64,000 bases of DNA from Octopus vulgaris (taxonomy: Eukaryota). Position numbers and translations under genes: made by a program. Location: NCBI GenBank assembly GCA_951406725.2, contig OX597826.1, positions 12,648,001-12,712,000 of the forward strand. The letters are read 5' to 3'. Within the stretch, counting starts at the first letter, position 1; each line of letters opens with the position of its first letter. Shown one piece after another: positions 26,231-40,722 of the stretch. The notes under the pieces are model-generated. The model had not been told where the DNA came from and searched no databases. It saw only the letters and a list, made by a program, of their open reading frames with translations.

Positions 26231-28636
26231 GTTGGTACTTGGAACGTATTCATTGGTTGCTCCAGCCTCTTGGGTTCGCTTTCTACGCATCTTTTTTTCA
26301 TTGAGTTCATGTGTCTGCTTTGTATGCCTTTTCTTTAACTTTTTACCCAATACATTGTTTTACTTATGCATTTGATAATTACGCCATCTTCTCAACTCTG
26401 CATTCTATTCTTTTCACCAATTTTAAAGAACCTTACTATGCCAGCTAGAAATGTATCAGAGACTGGTTCTACTTTCCTTCCAAATATCAGCTCCGCTGGT
26501 GAGATATCTGCTGGTGTATTTCGATTTGGTATCACACGCATAGTCTTAAGAATTGTTGTAGAGCTACCTCGTCCGTGACTTCCTTATTCGACTTTCTAAG
26601 AGCTCTCTTGAAGGTATCGACAATGCGTTCTGCCTGTATGCCACAGTAGTTACATGTTCTACCACGAACGTTTTTCAAAACTTTTAAAATTCAACAAACA
26701 TAAATTACCTTCGATTGTCAGACATGATCACATCTTAGGTGTCAAATCTGGCAAACAATTCGTGAGAAAAATTTATCTCATTTGATGAGGTTGGCTTTTT
26801 ACACTTATAAGTGTGTGTTTGTGTGTATGTATGCAATAGATGTATATATCTAAACCGTATTTGGAGAACTACTTCACTATAAGTTGGAACTATTGGAATG
26901 TAAACGAAAATACATATGAAACAAAAGTTTTCGCTTTTATTTTTCAATATTTCAACCTTTCGGTTTCAAAATCCTTTATTCTGGACACTATTGTTAATGG
27001 AAAACTCATTTTTTAAATAATAATGATCTCTTGAATTTTCAAATTTCCAGTATCTTATTGTATGCCTTCCATGGCGATTATGATATTCTGCCTACGGCAT
27101 TTCTGCATATATATTTTTCAGCTGCGAACCCTCTGTACCCCAGGATGGTTTCAGCGTTAATTCTGGCCATTTCGAGAAACTATCAACTACAACTAAGTAG
27201 TAAGAACCATTTAAAGGACCAGCAACATCGATGTGTATTCTCAACCAAGGAATATCTACTTTTGAACAATGTTTACTTTTTATCGTGGGCCATTTTTCAT
27301 TTCGTTTTGGCTTACATACAAGTGTTCCACTCTATTTTACTGCAATATTTTGTTTTAGTCCCTCAGCTGCATTCGAACCTTCGACTGAACCGACTAGATT
27401 TCCACACAAAACACTTATCGGCGTATTCTATACTTTGAATAGTTCCTTCCACACTGTGCCGAATAAATTAAGTAAATCTTTTAATACATATATCTTTGCC
27501 TTTTTCGTCTCACCTCGAAATATTACACTACATGCGAATTCACTGAAAAAATATAATCTTTTTCCCGTAACACCATGTGCTACCTTTTTATATTTAATTA
27601 ATTTCGGCTTTTTCGTTTTTCGCTTATAATTGTGATATCACTTCCAGTGCCTAATTTTATTTTAACATTTGTATTTCTGATTTTCATCTTCAAAAATTTC
27701 CTCATCATTTTTTTACTAATTTCTTCCGATGACATACTATCTATTTTTCCATTGTTCTGACATGTTATCATCTTCGTTCTACAGTGTTTTCTTTATATGT
27801 CCTATATTTCCACAATGAAAACACTCCACTTTTTTTAATGGATGGTTTTTGTCTTAGGTGTATACCTCTACAGGCAAAATATGGCTTTATTTTCTGATTT
27901 TGTCGTGGTCTTTAGAAAACACTTTATCTCTATTCTGACTATTTTGCACTTGCTTCACTTGGAAATAATCTTTCCATTCGATTTATTCTATGTTGTGTCT
28001 TAATTTGACGATCCTTTCACATTCTTCTGACTCTTGCTGTAGGGTTATATCCTGGTTTTGTTCTGCCTTTGCAAGAATCCTAGTTCCAATCTCTGCATCC
28101 TTTTCGGTAGTAAGTCTCTGTGTAAAAATCAGGCATTTGAACATATCTGGCGTTAATTCTTCCAGATTAAACCTATCGCATTCTCTGTTAATCCTACCGG
28201 CTTATGTGATATAGTCCTGGTCGTTGTTTTTCTCTATGTTCACACACTTCCAACGTGTGTTGAACAATGAACTTTTATCATTGAAAATTTTACGAGATAT
28301 ATCTATTGTGTCATTAAAGTTTATGTCTGAAGGTTTTCTTGGGAGTACATAATTACTGTAACCTTCATGTTCTGTTGCTGCCAGTTTTCTCCTGATTAAG
28401 CGCGTTTTCATCTCGTCGTCCTAATTTTTACATTAATTTGTCGTAGATTTGTTCATATCTTCTGTAGTATGCTTCGAAGGTAACTCCTTCGTCAGGTTTG
28501 TATTTGAATTTTTTATGGAGTTTGCGACTTAGACTGGCTGGAAAACTGTTTATGACTTTCCTGATGACTTTAGTAATTGCAGCATTGGTTGCTGCAATAT
28601 TATTTGTTGCGGTTATAGTTGTAGTTGCTGTTGCTA
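26230..28636 (-). mobile_element. Degenerate Ty3/Gypsy LTR-retrotransposon internal region (gag-protease-integrase; RT/RNase H absent)
   Basis: gag FKYKPDEGVTFEAYYRRYE and YSNYVLPRKPSDINFNDTI..SLFNTRWKC; knuckle CFHCGNIGH (about 27800-27825); protease LGTGSDITII (about 27625-27655); integrase PWLRIHIDVAGPLNGSYYLVVVDSFSKWPE (27160-27250) and ELFARF..SDN..QAERIVDTFKRAL..SPAELIFGRK (26460-26810). Confidence 0.9.
26806..27120 (-). repeat. Inverted copy of 25145-25454 lying inside the integrase
   Basis: Direct comparison of the two segments. Confidence 0.9.
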
Positions 28637-28925
28637 TTGAGCGAACGGGCTTCGTCCCAGAGCTCGCAAGATGGGAGAAGTCCGAAACGTGGTCCTTTGT
28701 TATTCGTAAGACTCGCAGAAGAGAAAGCAGGTCAGCCCCCGACACCGAGAGCATCGACGGATGGATGAATGCGCATCCAGGCTCAGCGGTTGCGTAGGAA
28801 GTCGGGGACAAGGAACAGGAAGAAAGAGTGAGAGAAAGTTGGAGCGAAAGAGTACAACAGGGTTCACCACCATCCCCTGCCGGAGCCTCTTGGAGCTTTA
28901 GGTGTTTTCGCTCAATAAACACACA
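28637..28925 (-). mobile_element. SINE family 1 body with tail C, 5'-truncated, abutting the Q-rich gag start
   Basis: TTTATTGAGCGAAAACACCTAAAGCTCC..CAACTTTCTCTCACTCTTTCTTCCTG then unique tail TCCCCGACTTCCTACGCAACC..GAAGCCCGTTCGCTC. Confidence 0.75.
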
Positions 28926-29180
28926 TATATCTACCCTCTTTATATAAACACACATATATCTACCCTCTTTATATATCTACCCTCTTTATAATGTTGGCAA
29001 ATGAAATAGGGATAAGAATGTGCATTGTCCGTTTAATTAAAAAATTCTATATGTGGCTGAAGATTGCTCGACATTTTAAAACTGATGTAATACTTAGTGT
29101 TTAATGAAATGAAGTAGCATGAAACGATTGTACTACACTACCTTGGATATCCTTGTTGCTTATTTTGATTATATATATAT

Positions 29181-29459
29181 ATCACGTGATCACGTGACCG
29201 ACCAGACCATCAGATGTTGTTACACATCGCTGGTCACAATGCGCTCGCATTGTTTTAGCCTTCGAATGACGCCACCCCGCTGGCTAAGCGAGCAGGCCAA
29301 CAGAAGAAAGAATGGGAGAAAGAGTAGTGAAAGAGTACAGCAGGGATCACCACCCCCTGCCGGAGCCTCGTGGAGCTTTTAGGTGTTTTCGCTCAATAAA
29401 CACTCACAACGCCCGGTATGGGAATCGAAACCGCGATTCCTGCGACCGCGAGTCCGCTG
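29181..29459 (-). mobile_element. SINE family 1, tail B
   Basis: Reverse complement of 9055-9360, missing the first ~25 nt. Confidence 0.85.
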
Positions 29460-29477
29460 ATTATGTATATATACTTC

Positions 29478-29531
<54 letters not shown>

Positions 29532-29585
29532 CATAAGTGTGAGTATGTGTGTGTGTGAGTGTGTGTGTGTGTGTGTGTGTGAGTA

Positions 29586-29620
<35 letters not shown>

Positions 29621-30114
29621 TTTCAAGTCTTAAATATGATTCTGGTTTGCGTTTTTTGTTTTATGATAAAACCGATCGAAAACCCGCTGTTGCCCATAAA
29701 ACCGGTAAATCAGCGTCTCGTAAATTAGAAAATGATAAAATCAGTGCAATTATTACTCTTATATTATGCCTGACTATCTGTAAAACTTGTGACAATACAA
29801 TGAATTTCGAGAAATATAGAATATATAGAGTTTAGAGGATTTGCTGATTCAGATGAGATGAGTGGACGCCTGTGCACCATTTTACATACAATATTGGACT
29901 GTACATATTGTGTAGAGAAACCCCTTTTCTAACTTAAAAAGTGCGTAAGTAATCTTAAGTCCTGTATAAGGATCTATGTATCTATCTGTGTATTTATATA
30001 TGCATATATGTATGTATGTATTTATGTATGTATGTATCTATCTATCTATGTAGCTACCTATCTGCCTAGCTAGCTGTCCGTATGTATATGTATGTATGTA
30101 TGTATGTATGAATG

Positions 30115-30179
<65 letters not shown>

Positions 30180-30204
30180 GTATATGTATATATAAATATA
30201 TATG

Positions 30205-30237
<33 letters not shown>

Positions 30238-31369
30238 GCAAACACACGCATACATATATATATATATATATGTATGCAGATTTGTATATATACATGTGTG
30301 ATTTTATATATATACATATGCAAACACGCAAACATATGAATGTGTATGTATACACACACACATACACACACACACACACACACACGCGCATATATATATA
30401 TTTCATATATACATACATATGTACTTCATATATATGTGTGTGTGTGTGTGTGAAACAGAGGGAGAGAGAGAGAGATGGAGAGAGAGAGAGTGGGGGATTC
30501 TGTGAAGAATGCATTTTTGCTTATAGCTCCAATAGATGAATTGATTCAGTAAGATAAACTCACTTTGGTTACGAATCAATTGTAACAATTCTTGAGTTGC
30601 CAACTTAATTTTGGTAGCCATCTTTTGTGGTGTTTGCTTTCAAAGCCTATCGATTCCAACACACTCACACACACACGCGCCTTACAATCACCAACACACC
30701 CAGAACCGTTTACTTATATCTATTACATACATGTATGCACACATAATGGTTTGTGTGCGCGTGCTCATGTCCTTGCGCGCGCGAGTGTATATATGCGCGT
30801 GTATTGTATGTATATCTAAGAAAATTGTTAGTACAATGTCCCTACTTGTTTTATAGTCAATCGTGTTTGTTAATGGACCGGCGCTTATTTTCTTACACTG
30901 TTACAGTCCATCACCCACACTTTCTCTGTCTTCTCCTCTCTCTCCCTGTCTCTCTCTCTCTCTCTCACTCTTACTCTCTCTCTATCTCTCTCTCTCTCTC
31001 TCGATTTTCTGCTTATTTAGTTACCATAGAAGATGCCCGTCTGTTATATATACATTTTTTTGCATTGCTATAATGTATATATAGATTTCTCGACGTATAT
31101 CTGTATGTGCGTATTTGTACATGGGGATGTACACACACACACACACACATATATATGTATGTATACACATACATACATAGACACACACACACTCACACAC
31201 AGCCACACAGACACACAGACACACACTATTGTTTATATTTATGTCAAGTTATGCCTAAAAGGAAGCCAACATTAATCTGAAAGATTACTCGGTATTTTTT
31301 ACTTCGATACATTTATATATTAATTTTTCTCTGTATAATTAATATCTATATTATGTGAGTGCGCGTGTA

Positions 31370-31489
<120 letters not shown>

Positions 31490-31955
31490 ATGTTTGTACT
31501 TGTATGCGCGTAACCTACATCATAGACAGCCAAATTCATCACGAAGTCAAATTTTTGTTATACGAAATAGGAAAAATGGAATAAGAAATGTGCGTATAAC
31601 AGAACAAGAAACAGAATCTGTTTACATCCATTCCTTTAATACTGAATAAAAGTTTGTGGGTACATATTAACTTAAACGACATAATTTTCCCTTTTTATTG
31701 TTCTTCTCTATGCTGATGTGTATTGGTGTATTGGAGTTGTATCAGTATGATACAATACCAATACATATGACTGCATCTGTGTTTATATAGGTGCGTGTAT
31801 GTGTGGTAAGCTTTAATAACCGATAATGTGTTTTAAACTCCATTTTAAGAGCAGCTTAGTCTCTGCTTGAGCTCTTATCAAGAGAAACTTATTTTACATA
31901 ATTTAATTCATCTCTGTAATCTTACAAACAAAAGTATCCATAGTAATATAAAATT

Positions 31956-32531
31956 GCACTTATCTTCGGCGATCATGTGTACCTTGCACTCAAATCATCG
32001 GCGATCATATGTACCTTGCACTCAAATCTTCGGCGATTATGTGTACTTTGCACTCAAATCTTCAACGATCATATGTACCTTGCACTCAAATCTTCAGCGA
32101 TCATATGTACCTTGCACTCAAATCATCGGCGATCATATGTACCTTGCACTCAAATCTTCGGCGATCATGTGTACTTTGCACTCAAATCTTCAACGATCAT
32201 ATGTACCTTGCACTCAAATCTTCAGCGATCATATGTACCTTGCACTCAAATCTTCGGCGATCATATGTACTTTGCACTCAAATCTTCGACGATCATATGT
32301 ACCTTGCACTCAAATCTTCGGCGATCATATGTACCTTGCACTCAAATCTTCGGCGATCATGTGTACCTTGCACTCAAATCTTCGGCGATCATGTGTACCT
32401 TGCACTCAAATCTTCGGCGATCATGTGTACCTTGCACTCAAATCTTCGGCGATCATATGTACCTTGCACTCAAATCTTCGGCGATCATATGTACCTTGCA
32501 CTCAAATCTTCGGCGATCATATGTACCTTGC
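31956..32531. repeat. 32-bp minisatellite, about 18 units (ATCTTCGGCGATCATATGTACCTTGCACTCAA)
   Basis: Head-to-tail units with no spacers. Confidence 0.97.
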
Positions 32532-33056
32532 TGTAATACATAAATTATAAGCATTTGATTATAACAGTTAATATGTGAACGGTTTCTTAATGATTAAATT
32601 TCCATTATAGTTTCCGGTTTCTCATGAAATGTTTGAACAGTTTTACATATTTCCTAATGACATATTATTACGATGTGCATAAAGCACATATGATATTTTA
32701 TCTTGAGCTCGCTGATTCATTTAAATAATTATAAACAATGAGATATATTTATAATGATTTAAATAAATATAATTTGCTTATTAAGCTAGAGAAAGAAGCG
32801 CACATCAAGAACACTACGACAATACATAATCCATTATAATAAATATCACTGCATGTATTTCATTAATTGATAATCCCTGGTGTATTATTCAGCCATTGTA
32901 AGAAATAAAATACATATATTCCTTTTGAAGAACAGAGGTGACAATTAGTTTCGTTTGAAGGTTAACTCAGATACGTTGTCACAATCACATAGATACGAAC
33001 ACAAGAGTAATTTATAATTGCCTTTGTGCCTGCTTTTCTGCAGGTATGTATATACG

Positions 33057-33300
33057 TATGTATGTATGTATGTATGTATGTATGTATGTATGTATGTATG
33101 TATGTATGTATGTATGTATGTATGTATGAATGAATGTATGTATGTATGTATGTATGTATGTATGTATGTATGTATGTATGTATGTATGTATGTATGTATG
33201 AATGTATGTATGTATGTATGTATGTATGTATGTATGTATGTATGTATGTATGTATGTATGTATGTATGTATGTATGTATGAATGTATGTATGTATGTATA
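33057..33300. repeat. (TATG)n microsatellite
   Basis: Direct reading. Confidence 0.95.
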
Positions 33301-33319
33301 TATCGCTTTCTCTGTTTTT

Positions 33320-33522
33320 TCTCTTTTACTTGTTTCAGTCATTTGACTGCGGCCATGCTGGAGCACCGCCTTTAGTAGAGCAAATCGACCCCGGGACTTA
33401 TTCTTTGTAAGCCCAGTACTTATTCTATCGGTCTCTTTTTGCCGAACCGCTAAGTGACGGGGACGTAAACACACCAGCATTGGTTGTCAAGCAATGCTAG
33501 GAAGACAAACACAGACACATAA

Positions 33523-33599
<77 letters not shown>

Positions 33600-33760
33600 T
33601 ACGACAGGCTTCTTTCAGTTTCCGTCTACCAAATCCACTCACAAGGCATTGGTCGGCCCGGGGCTATAGCAGAAGACATATTGATGCCACGCAGTAGGAC
33701 TGAACCCGGAACCATGTGGCTGGTAAGCATGCTACCTACCACACAGCCACTCCTGCGCCT
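33320..33760 (-). mobile_element. SINE family 2, near full length
   Basis: Reverse complement of the 18189 copy. Confidence 0.9.
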
Positions 33761-34645
33761 GTATGTATGTATGTATGCATGTATGTATGTATGTATCTAT
33801 GTATGCATTTATGTGTAAGGACGATTGCGATTTATTGTCTCACACCGTTTATGTATCTAAAGACAGTCATTTTGAATCGATGGTAAATACCGTTTCACTT
33901 CATATAGAGAGTATTATAAATAGCAGCGAGATTAATAATTATCGATGTGTGTTTGTGTGTGTGTGTTTGTGTGTACATATGCATATATGTATGTATAACT
34001 TTATATGTATATATATATATATATATATACTTACATATTGATATACATACACAGACGCAGACATAGACAAACTCAGACAAACGTGCGTGTGCGCACGTAT
34101 ACACATTGTCGTTCGTCAATTCGAGCAGTCATATCTTAAGTGACACCACGTGGTTTTCATCTGATGGAAGTACACGTTTTAGCAAATCGAAAGAAAATCA
34201 TAGATGAAAAAAAAATAACAATAAAGGCTGACATGTAGATAAAAAGACAGACAGATAAATCAATATATTTGCATAAAAACACACATACAATCGCATATAT
34301 ATACATTCATACATACATACATACTATGATAGATATATACAAATATATATTTATATATATATATATATATATGGGTATTTGCGTGTATATATATTTTTGC
34401 ATGTGTATATATGTATGTATGTATATGTGATTGTATGAATGTACGTATACATGTACTTACAAATACGCAACGTGTATATGATTCGGTTACTGTCAAATAT
34501 AATAACGTCAATTATCAAGTATTTTTAACTGAAATTTCAGAATATGAACTTTATTTTACATTCCCATCTGCCATGTGAAATTAATCAATCTGTTTGTCTG
34601 TTTTCCTGTCTTTGTGTCTATATCTGTATATGTATATATGTATAC

Positions 34646-34748
<103 letters not shown>

Positions 34749-34847
34749 CATACATGCATACATACATACATACATGCATGCATACATGCATATCCACTTA
34801 CACATACACACACACACGCACAAACAGACAGACAGGTAGATATATAA

Positions 34848-35035
<188 letters not shown>

Positions 35036-35129
35036 GTATTCATACTTCTTATGTATACATGTTTACATATGCTCATATATACAAAGTTATTCACGCACAC
35101 ATATATACACACATGCATCTCTCTATCCT

Positions 35130-35164
<35 letters not shown>

Positions 35165-35785
35165 GTCTGTCTGTCTGTCTATCTATCAATCTATCTATCA
35201 ATCTATCTATCTAGCTGTCCATCTATTTATCTATCTATCTGTGTGTGTGTGTGTTACGAAAACATAATGCTCTCCATCACCACTCAGTTTTTTCCTTCAT
35301 CGATGCAGTCATTCTCGTGATAATGTCAATTTGATTTGTACCGAAATGCCTTCTACGATTAACCTTACACTCTTTAAATTAAACACTGCATAAGATGTCA
35401 TGAGCTAAATGTTCTTTCAACTGCTTACTGTGTATTAACCGATTATTCTCAATGGGTCTACATTGATTGTAGGAGATAATATCTTATGCTTACCGACACA
35501 GAAAAGAATATCCCCTCAAAACGTTTTAAAAACACTTGTATAATTAAAGTAAATTGCCTTAATCATCGGTGTCCAAGCTGTATCTCACGATTGGCATGCG
35601 GCATTGGAAGCTTCTAAATACGGTCCTAAAGAACAAAATTGGTTTCGTGCTATTTTGCTATTCTAGCAATGCAGAAACCAGAGTGGCTTATGTGTGTGTG
35701 TGTTTGTGTGTGTGCGACTGCGCGCCTGCGTAAGGGTGTATACATGTGTAGATATACACGCATATATATATATACTATTTTACTA

Positions 35786-35988
35786 TTTTACTTGTTTCAG
35801 TCATTTGACTGCGGCCATGCTGGAGCACCGCCTTTAGTCGAGCAAATCGACCCGGGACTTATTCTTTGTAAGCCCAGTACTTATTCTATCGGTCTCTTGC
35901 CAAACCGCTAAGTGACGGGGACGTAAACACACCAGCATTGGTTGTCAAGCAATGCTAGGGGGACAAACACAGACACACAAACACACAC

Positions 35989-36057
<69 letters not shown>

Positions 36058-36202
36058 CGACAGGCTTCTTTCAGTTTCCGTCTACCAAATCCACTCACAA
36101 GGCAATTGTCGGCCCGGGGCTTAGCAGAAGACACTTGCCCAAGATGCCACGCAGTGGGACTGAACCCGGAACCAAGCTACTTACCACACAGCCACTCCTG
36201 CG

Positions 36203-36204
<2 letters not shown>
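35786..36204 (-). mobile_element. SINE family 2
   Basis: Family-2 head, internal (TA)n and tail. Confidence 0.9.
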
Positions 36205-36286
<82 letters not shown>

Positions 36287-36306
36287 AGTATACATACATT
36301 TACATA

Positions 36307-36578
36307 TGGCTGTGTGGTAAGATGCTTGCTTCACAACCACATTGTTCTGTGTTCAGTCCCAATGCGTGACACCTTGGACGGGAAGACCAAAGCCTTGTGA
36401 GTCGATTTGGAAAGAAGCCAGTCACCCAACCATCTCTTGATAACCGATGTTGGTCTGTTTACGTCCCCGTAACTTATTGGTTCGACTAAAGAATAAGCCG
36501 GGTGTTGATTTGTTCGACTAAAGGCGGTGCTCAGGCATGGCCGCAGTCAAATGATTGAAACAAGTAGAATAAAAGAAT
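36307..36578 (+). mobile_element. SINE family 2, internally deleted
   Basis: GGCTGTGTGGTAAG head and AAGGCGGTGCTC..GAAACAAGTA tail. Confidence 0.75.
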
Positions 36579-37165
36579 ATAAACTCAAGCATATATATAT
36601 ATATATACATACATGTATATATAGATGTTTGTGTGTGTATGTGATGAATGTGTGTGTGTTCTAGATGATGTTCTTAACCAACGGGGGATGCACATGAACA
36701 CATTGTCTTGATTATATAATACTTGTTGGAACCAGCGTTCTCCAAGACTGAACCTCTTGTTTTCCCAAAAGGAAGCGGTATTCGATCGGGTCGAAAAGGT
36801 GTCTGCCAGTCGTCCATTTTAGTCAGTTTTACATCTTATCTCCGGTAGCTCGCATACCTATACTACTGCTTACAATGGACCTGTAACACTCTTGCTCCGC
36901 CCGATTAAGAAAACTGTGTCACGGGAGATTTGTTAGCGGGATAAATCATGTATATTAACGTTATCTCGTGCAGTAGAATTTGGTTAATTTTATTCTCTCA
37001 TTAAATAAATTAATCTCAAATCTATGAATGCTTCATAATCAATAAAAAATTTTTGAGCACTACTGGTGAATGGTACCTTGTTAAGATTTTTGGGGAGTAG
37101 ACTGAAGATACATTATTTACATTATTTACATTTGACGGATATTTGTCCACATCTTCTTTGTTGTT

Positions 37166-37211
37166 AACACAACGTTTCGGCTGGTATGCCCTCCAGCCTT
37201 CATCAGGTGTC
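37166..37211 (-). ncRNA. Minimal type I hammerhead ribozyme
   Basis: Minus strand: GACAC-CTGATGA-A-GGCTGG-AGGGCATA-CCAGCC-GAAAC-GTT-GTGTT; loopless ACGT stem III, as in Penelope minimal HHRs. Confidence 0.75.
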
Positions 37212-38332
37212 TTGGGGAAATCATTTTCAGAAACACTGTTGCATGCAGCAATACTTTTGGCGGACTTATCATTACTTGAAACATGTTGTTCTTGCTGTTG
37301 TTATTAAGTAATGATATCCTATGTTTTAGTCTATACAAAATAGATATATTTCTTCTTATTCACTGACACGTGGAGATTAGGGCATTTTTAAACGTTCATT
37401 TCATGTGTACGTTGCAGATCATGCGTTATTCATTATTAGTTTGGGAGACATCTTTCCGTTCGTTGTTGTAAATGTCATAAGCTAACGTGTACAAGCACTA
37501 GAAAAGAAATATGTAAAAGAAAAATCTTTCACACCTGCTATAAGGTAATGTGACAATTCTACAAAAATTCCAAACTCCCTTATTTGAGATACAAGAGAAA
37601 AATCAATGGAATTCTTTCTATAAAATGAAACTGGATTTTTTTAATGCCGTAACATAGAAACGACGCTTGAAACATTAGCGGCAAGGTTTCATTGAGTAAT
37701 TCGACCCCAGTACTCGACTTATACATTGCTATTACCGATTCTGGAGAATCAGAGTCCAATCTGACCTAAATAAAGATATATAAATAAATAAGTGCAAGTA
37801 AGAGCAACCAGCGTTGATTAGAACCCGCGGCGTTGGTATATTTAAATGAAGCCACAACCTCGAATAATTTTTGCTTCACATAGTGGAATGTGAGACTCCG
37901 AAAAGTACCCGCAACCGTTACCATCAGTTATGTACTAAAAAAATAGTTAACATATGTCGTGCATTGTAGAAGCAAACCAGTGTATTACACATAAATTTTA
38001 ACAAAATCTTGAATGGAGCCCCAATGGCCATGTGGACCCCAGTTGAAAATCACTAATCTACATCAACCAATCACTTTGAAGATATAAAAGAATAACAGTA
38101 CAAGTATCACGTACATTAATATAAAAAAATATACGAATTACCACAAATCTTAGAAATATCGTTGTCTGCCTATTAACATCGAAAGAGATGCTGCGTAAAT
38201 CGCTCGCTGTGAAACACCACTCATATCATATCTTTATTGTCTAAAAAGTGAAGGAACCAATACTTTGGACAATTTAGTAATAGACTTGACAAATACAGGT
38301 AGTTATGGCTGGAATGCTAGAGATCATATGTC

Positions 38333-38758
38333 GGATCTTTTCGGTTTGAACGGCAGTTTTTAACATAATTTCTAGGTAACTAAAAAATTTTAAACTTCGT
38401 ATACTGGTAGAATGTGTTTTTAAAACAACTTTTTCTCTTGGCTTTATTGAGAACATTCTATGGTTTGTAAGATATTTGTTGTTGTTTTTCTTCAATTTCT
38501 GCAATTTCAACCAATCAAATACGTCTGTTAAGGTAAAAAAACATTCTGTGCCGTATGAATATGTCCCTCGTTTAAGAAACAGATTGGGTTTATTTACATT
38601 TGTGAAGGAAAAAAGATACCCTTCACCTACCCCTAACCCTAACTAACCCTAACCCTAAAACATATTGAAATGCAATAGATCGATACTAGGGTCATAATTA
38701 TGGGTGACAATTTCATATGACTCCGCTAGAAAAACTGCCGTTCAAACCGAAAAGATCC
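38333..38758. mobile_element. TIR MITE with GG termini and 8-bp TSD (Merlin-like)
   Basis: 28-bp perfect TIR GGATCTTTTCGGTTTGAACGGCAGTTTT; TSD CATATGTC (38325-38332, 38759-38766); internal CCCTAA repeats. Confidence 0.85.
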
Positions 38759-40249
38759 CATATGTCTACTAAATCATGACTGGTATAGGTGTAAACAAGA
38801 AAGGCGTGAAATTAATGTTGATTAGACAAACAGAACCTTACCGATAAAATATATATGGCGTAAATTCACTCTCACGAGGCAACCTAAAAGACAAAATTTC
38901 ATTTCTGAAATATGAGGATGCACGCACTTGATTTCATGATACTCGTCACAAAACTGAATCCAATCAACTATTTTAATATAGAATAATATATAAAATAATA
39001 TATGCGTGTCTGTGTGTGTGTGTGTGTGTATGTGTTTGTAAGTGTGTGTGTGTAAGTGCTTATGTGTGTGTATGTGCTTACGTGTGTGTATGTAAGTGAT
39101 TATGAGTATGTACGTATTTTACTTGTATACCTGAATCACACATTGATATTTCACTACTAATTGTGTTTTAAATTCATTACAGAATTCTTAATTTTTTCGA
39201 TTTCTTTTGAGATTTGCACAATTTAATCTATCTTTTCACTCGGTCTAAGAAAATGTCAAATTTATATCGAAAGATCAAATCCGATTATTTTCGTTTACTT
39301 CTATTTTTTAATTATTACATTATTTATTTTAACATCATATAAAAATTCCTTAGCAATTTCAAGATAAAAAAAAAACATTAAAAATAATAATTCACCTTTG
39401 ACAACGGATGACGTCATACTCAATTATACTGGAATGCGTGCTGGTGAACAACGAAATTAGATGGTGTAGCAAATATACTTAGGAGCGAGGTAATAGCTAT
39501 AGCTTCATTTTATAGAATATATAGTTACATACGTTGATGAGATTCAATAGCTGTTTTAATGTGATAATTACCAAACAGAAATTGGTTTAAACAGAATGGA
39601 AAATTGGTTTAAGTTAGAGATTCTATGATGACTTAGAACAGAATCTTATATCTACGTTAGAAAATATAGTCGATAAACGGCTACCCGTTTTAAATTAGTA
39701 AAAAATAATAAGTTTAAACATATAATGAGTTTTAAATAATATAGTTGTTAATAAGACGTTAAATGTTCGAAGATACTGCAGGTGGGTTGTATTCTGTTCT
39801 TTCAATTTGCAATTTCTAAAGTCAATAAACTTGAACAATTTTAAATGAGCAAATACCAAATTCAACAATATCTGAAAAACATTCCAATACATTATAGCAT
39901 TCGTGCACCTAAGTGCACCTAGCAGTTAACCAATAATTTGTTTTGAAAATCAAATTCTTTTAATTACTAGTGAGGGTTTAAAATTAATTTCTGTTCAACA
40001 TAGCGTCAGATTTTTTAATGAATAATATAAATGAGAAATTGGGCTGCGCATTTATTCTCCTGGAATGTTTGCTCGGATGCAAAAGACGATTTGATTGTCT
40101 GTAACGTCCACAATTGCAATTGTTTCGCCACATATGTTTCTCTGAATTAATGTTTTAGAGGAGCTATCAATGACTTAGCAAAAGCCGAGTTCTTTTGCTA
40201 AAGCATTAAATTTGTAAAATAAAACTGCATGTTGTATTCTTGAGCAACA

Positions 40250-40487
40250 CATTTTATTTCACCGTTTCTTCCGTTCACTCAGCTGTAGAAATGAGTTGTG
40301 ACGTCACAGGTGCCAAGGTGTATCGGCCCCTTTGCCTTTCCCTTGGATAACACTGGTGGCGTGAAGAGGGGAGGCTGGTATACATGGTCGATTGCTGGTC
40401 TTCCATAAACAACCTTATCCAGATTTGTAACTGGGAAGGTAACTTTCTAGGTGCAATCTGATGGTGAGTCATGACCAAAGGGGGTCT
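40250..40487 (+). mobile_element. SINE family 4
   Basis: Homologous to 25602-25835. Confidence 0.75.
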
Positions 40488-40513
40488 CAGCATATACATA
40501 TACATATACATAT

Positions 40514-40575
<62 letters not shown>

Positions 40576-40722
40576 GACTGACCACTAAAAGTTCCTCTAA
40601 ATTTTGTATGTAAAACAAATTTTTAATCATCGGATTTTTTTTCAATATGGTAGGCCACTGGTTTTAATTGATTAATATCAATTTCTACCCTATATATATA
40701 TATGTGTGTGTGTGTGTATAAT

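Noticed and set aside
25145-27120. Foldback/TIR transposon with 310-bp TIRs
   Set aside because: The integrase is colinear across the right arm and no TSD was found, so it formed in place
30500-30621. Displaced gag N-terminus (ELLQLIRNQ)
   Set aside because: Too short and not demonstrably colinear with the Gypsy element
31956-32531. CRISPR-like array or zinc-finger CDS
   Set aside because: Units are contiguous with no unique spacers, no cas genes, eukaryotic context; Cys/His spacing does not fit C2H2
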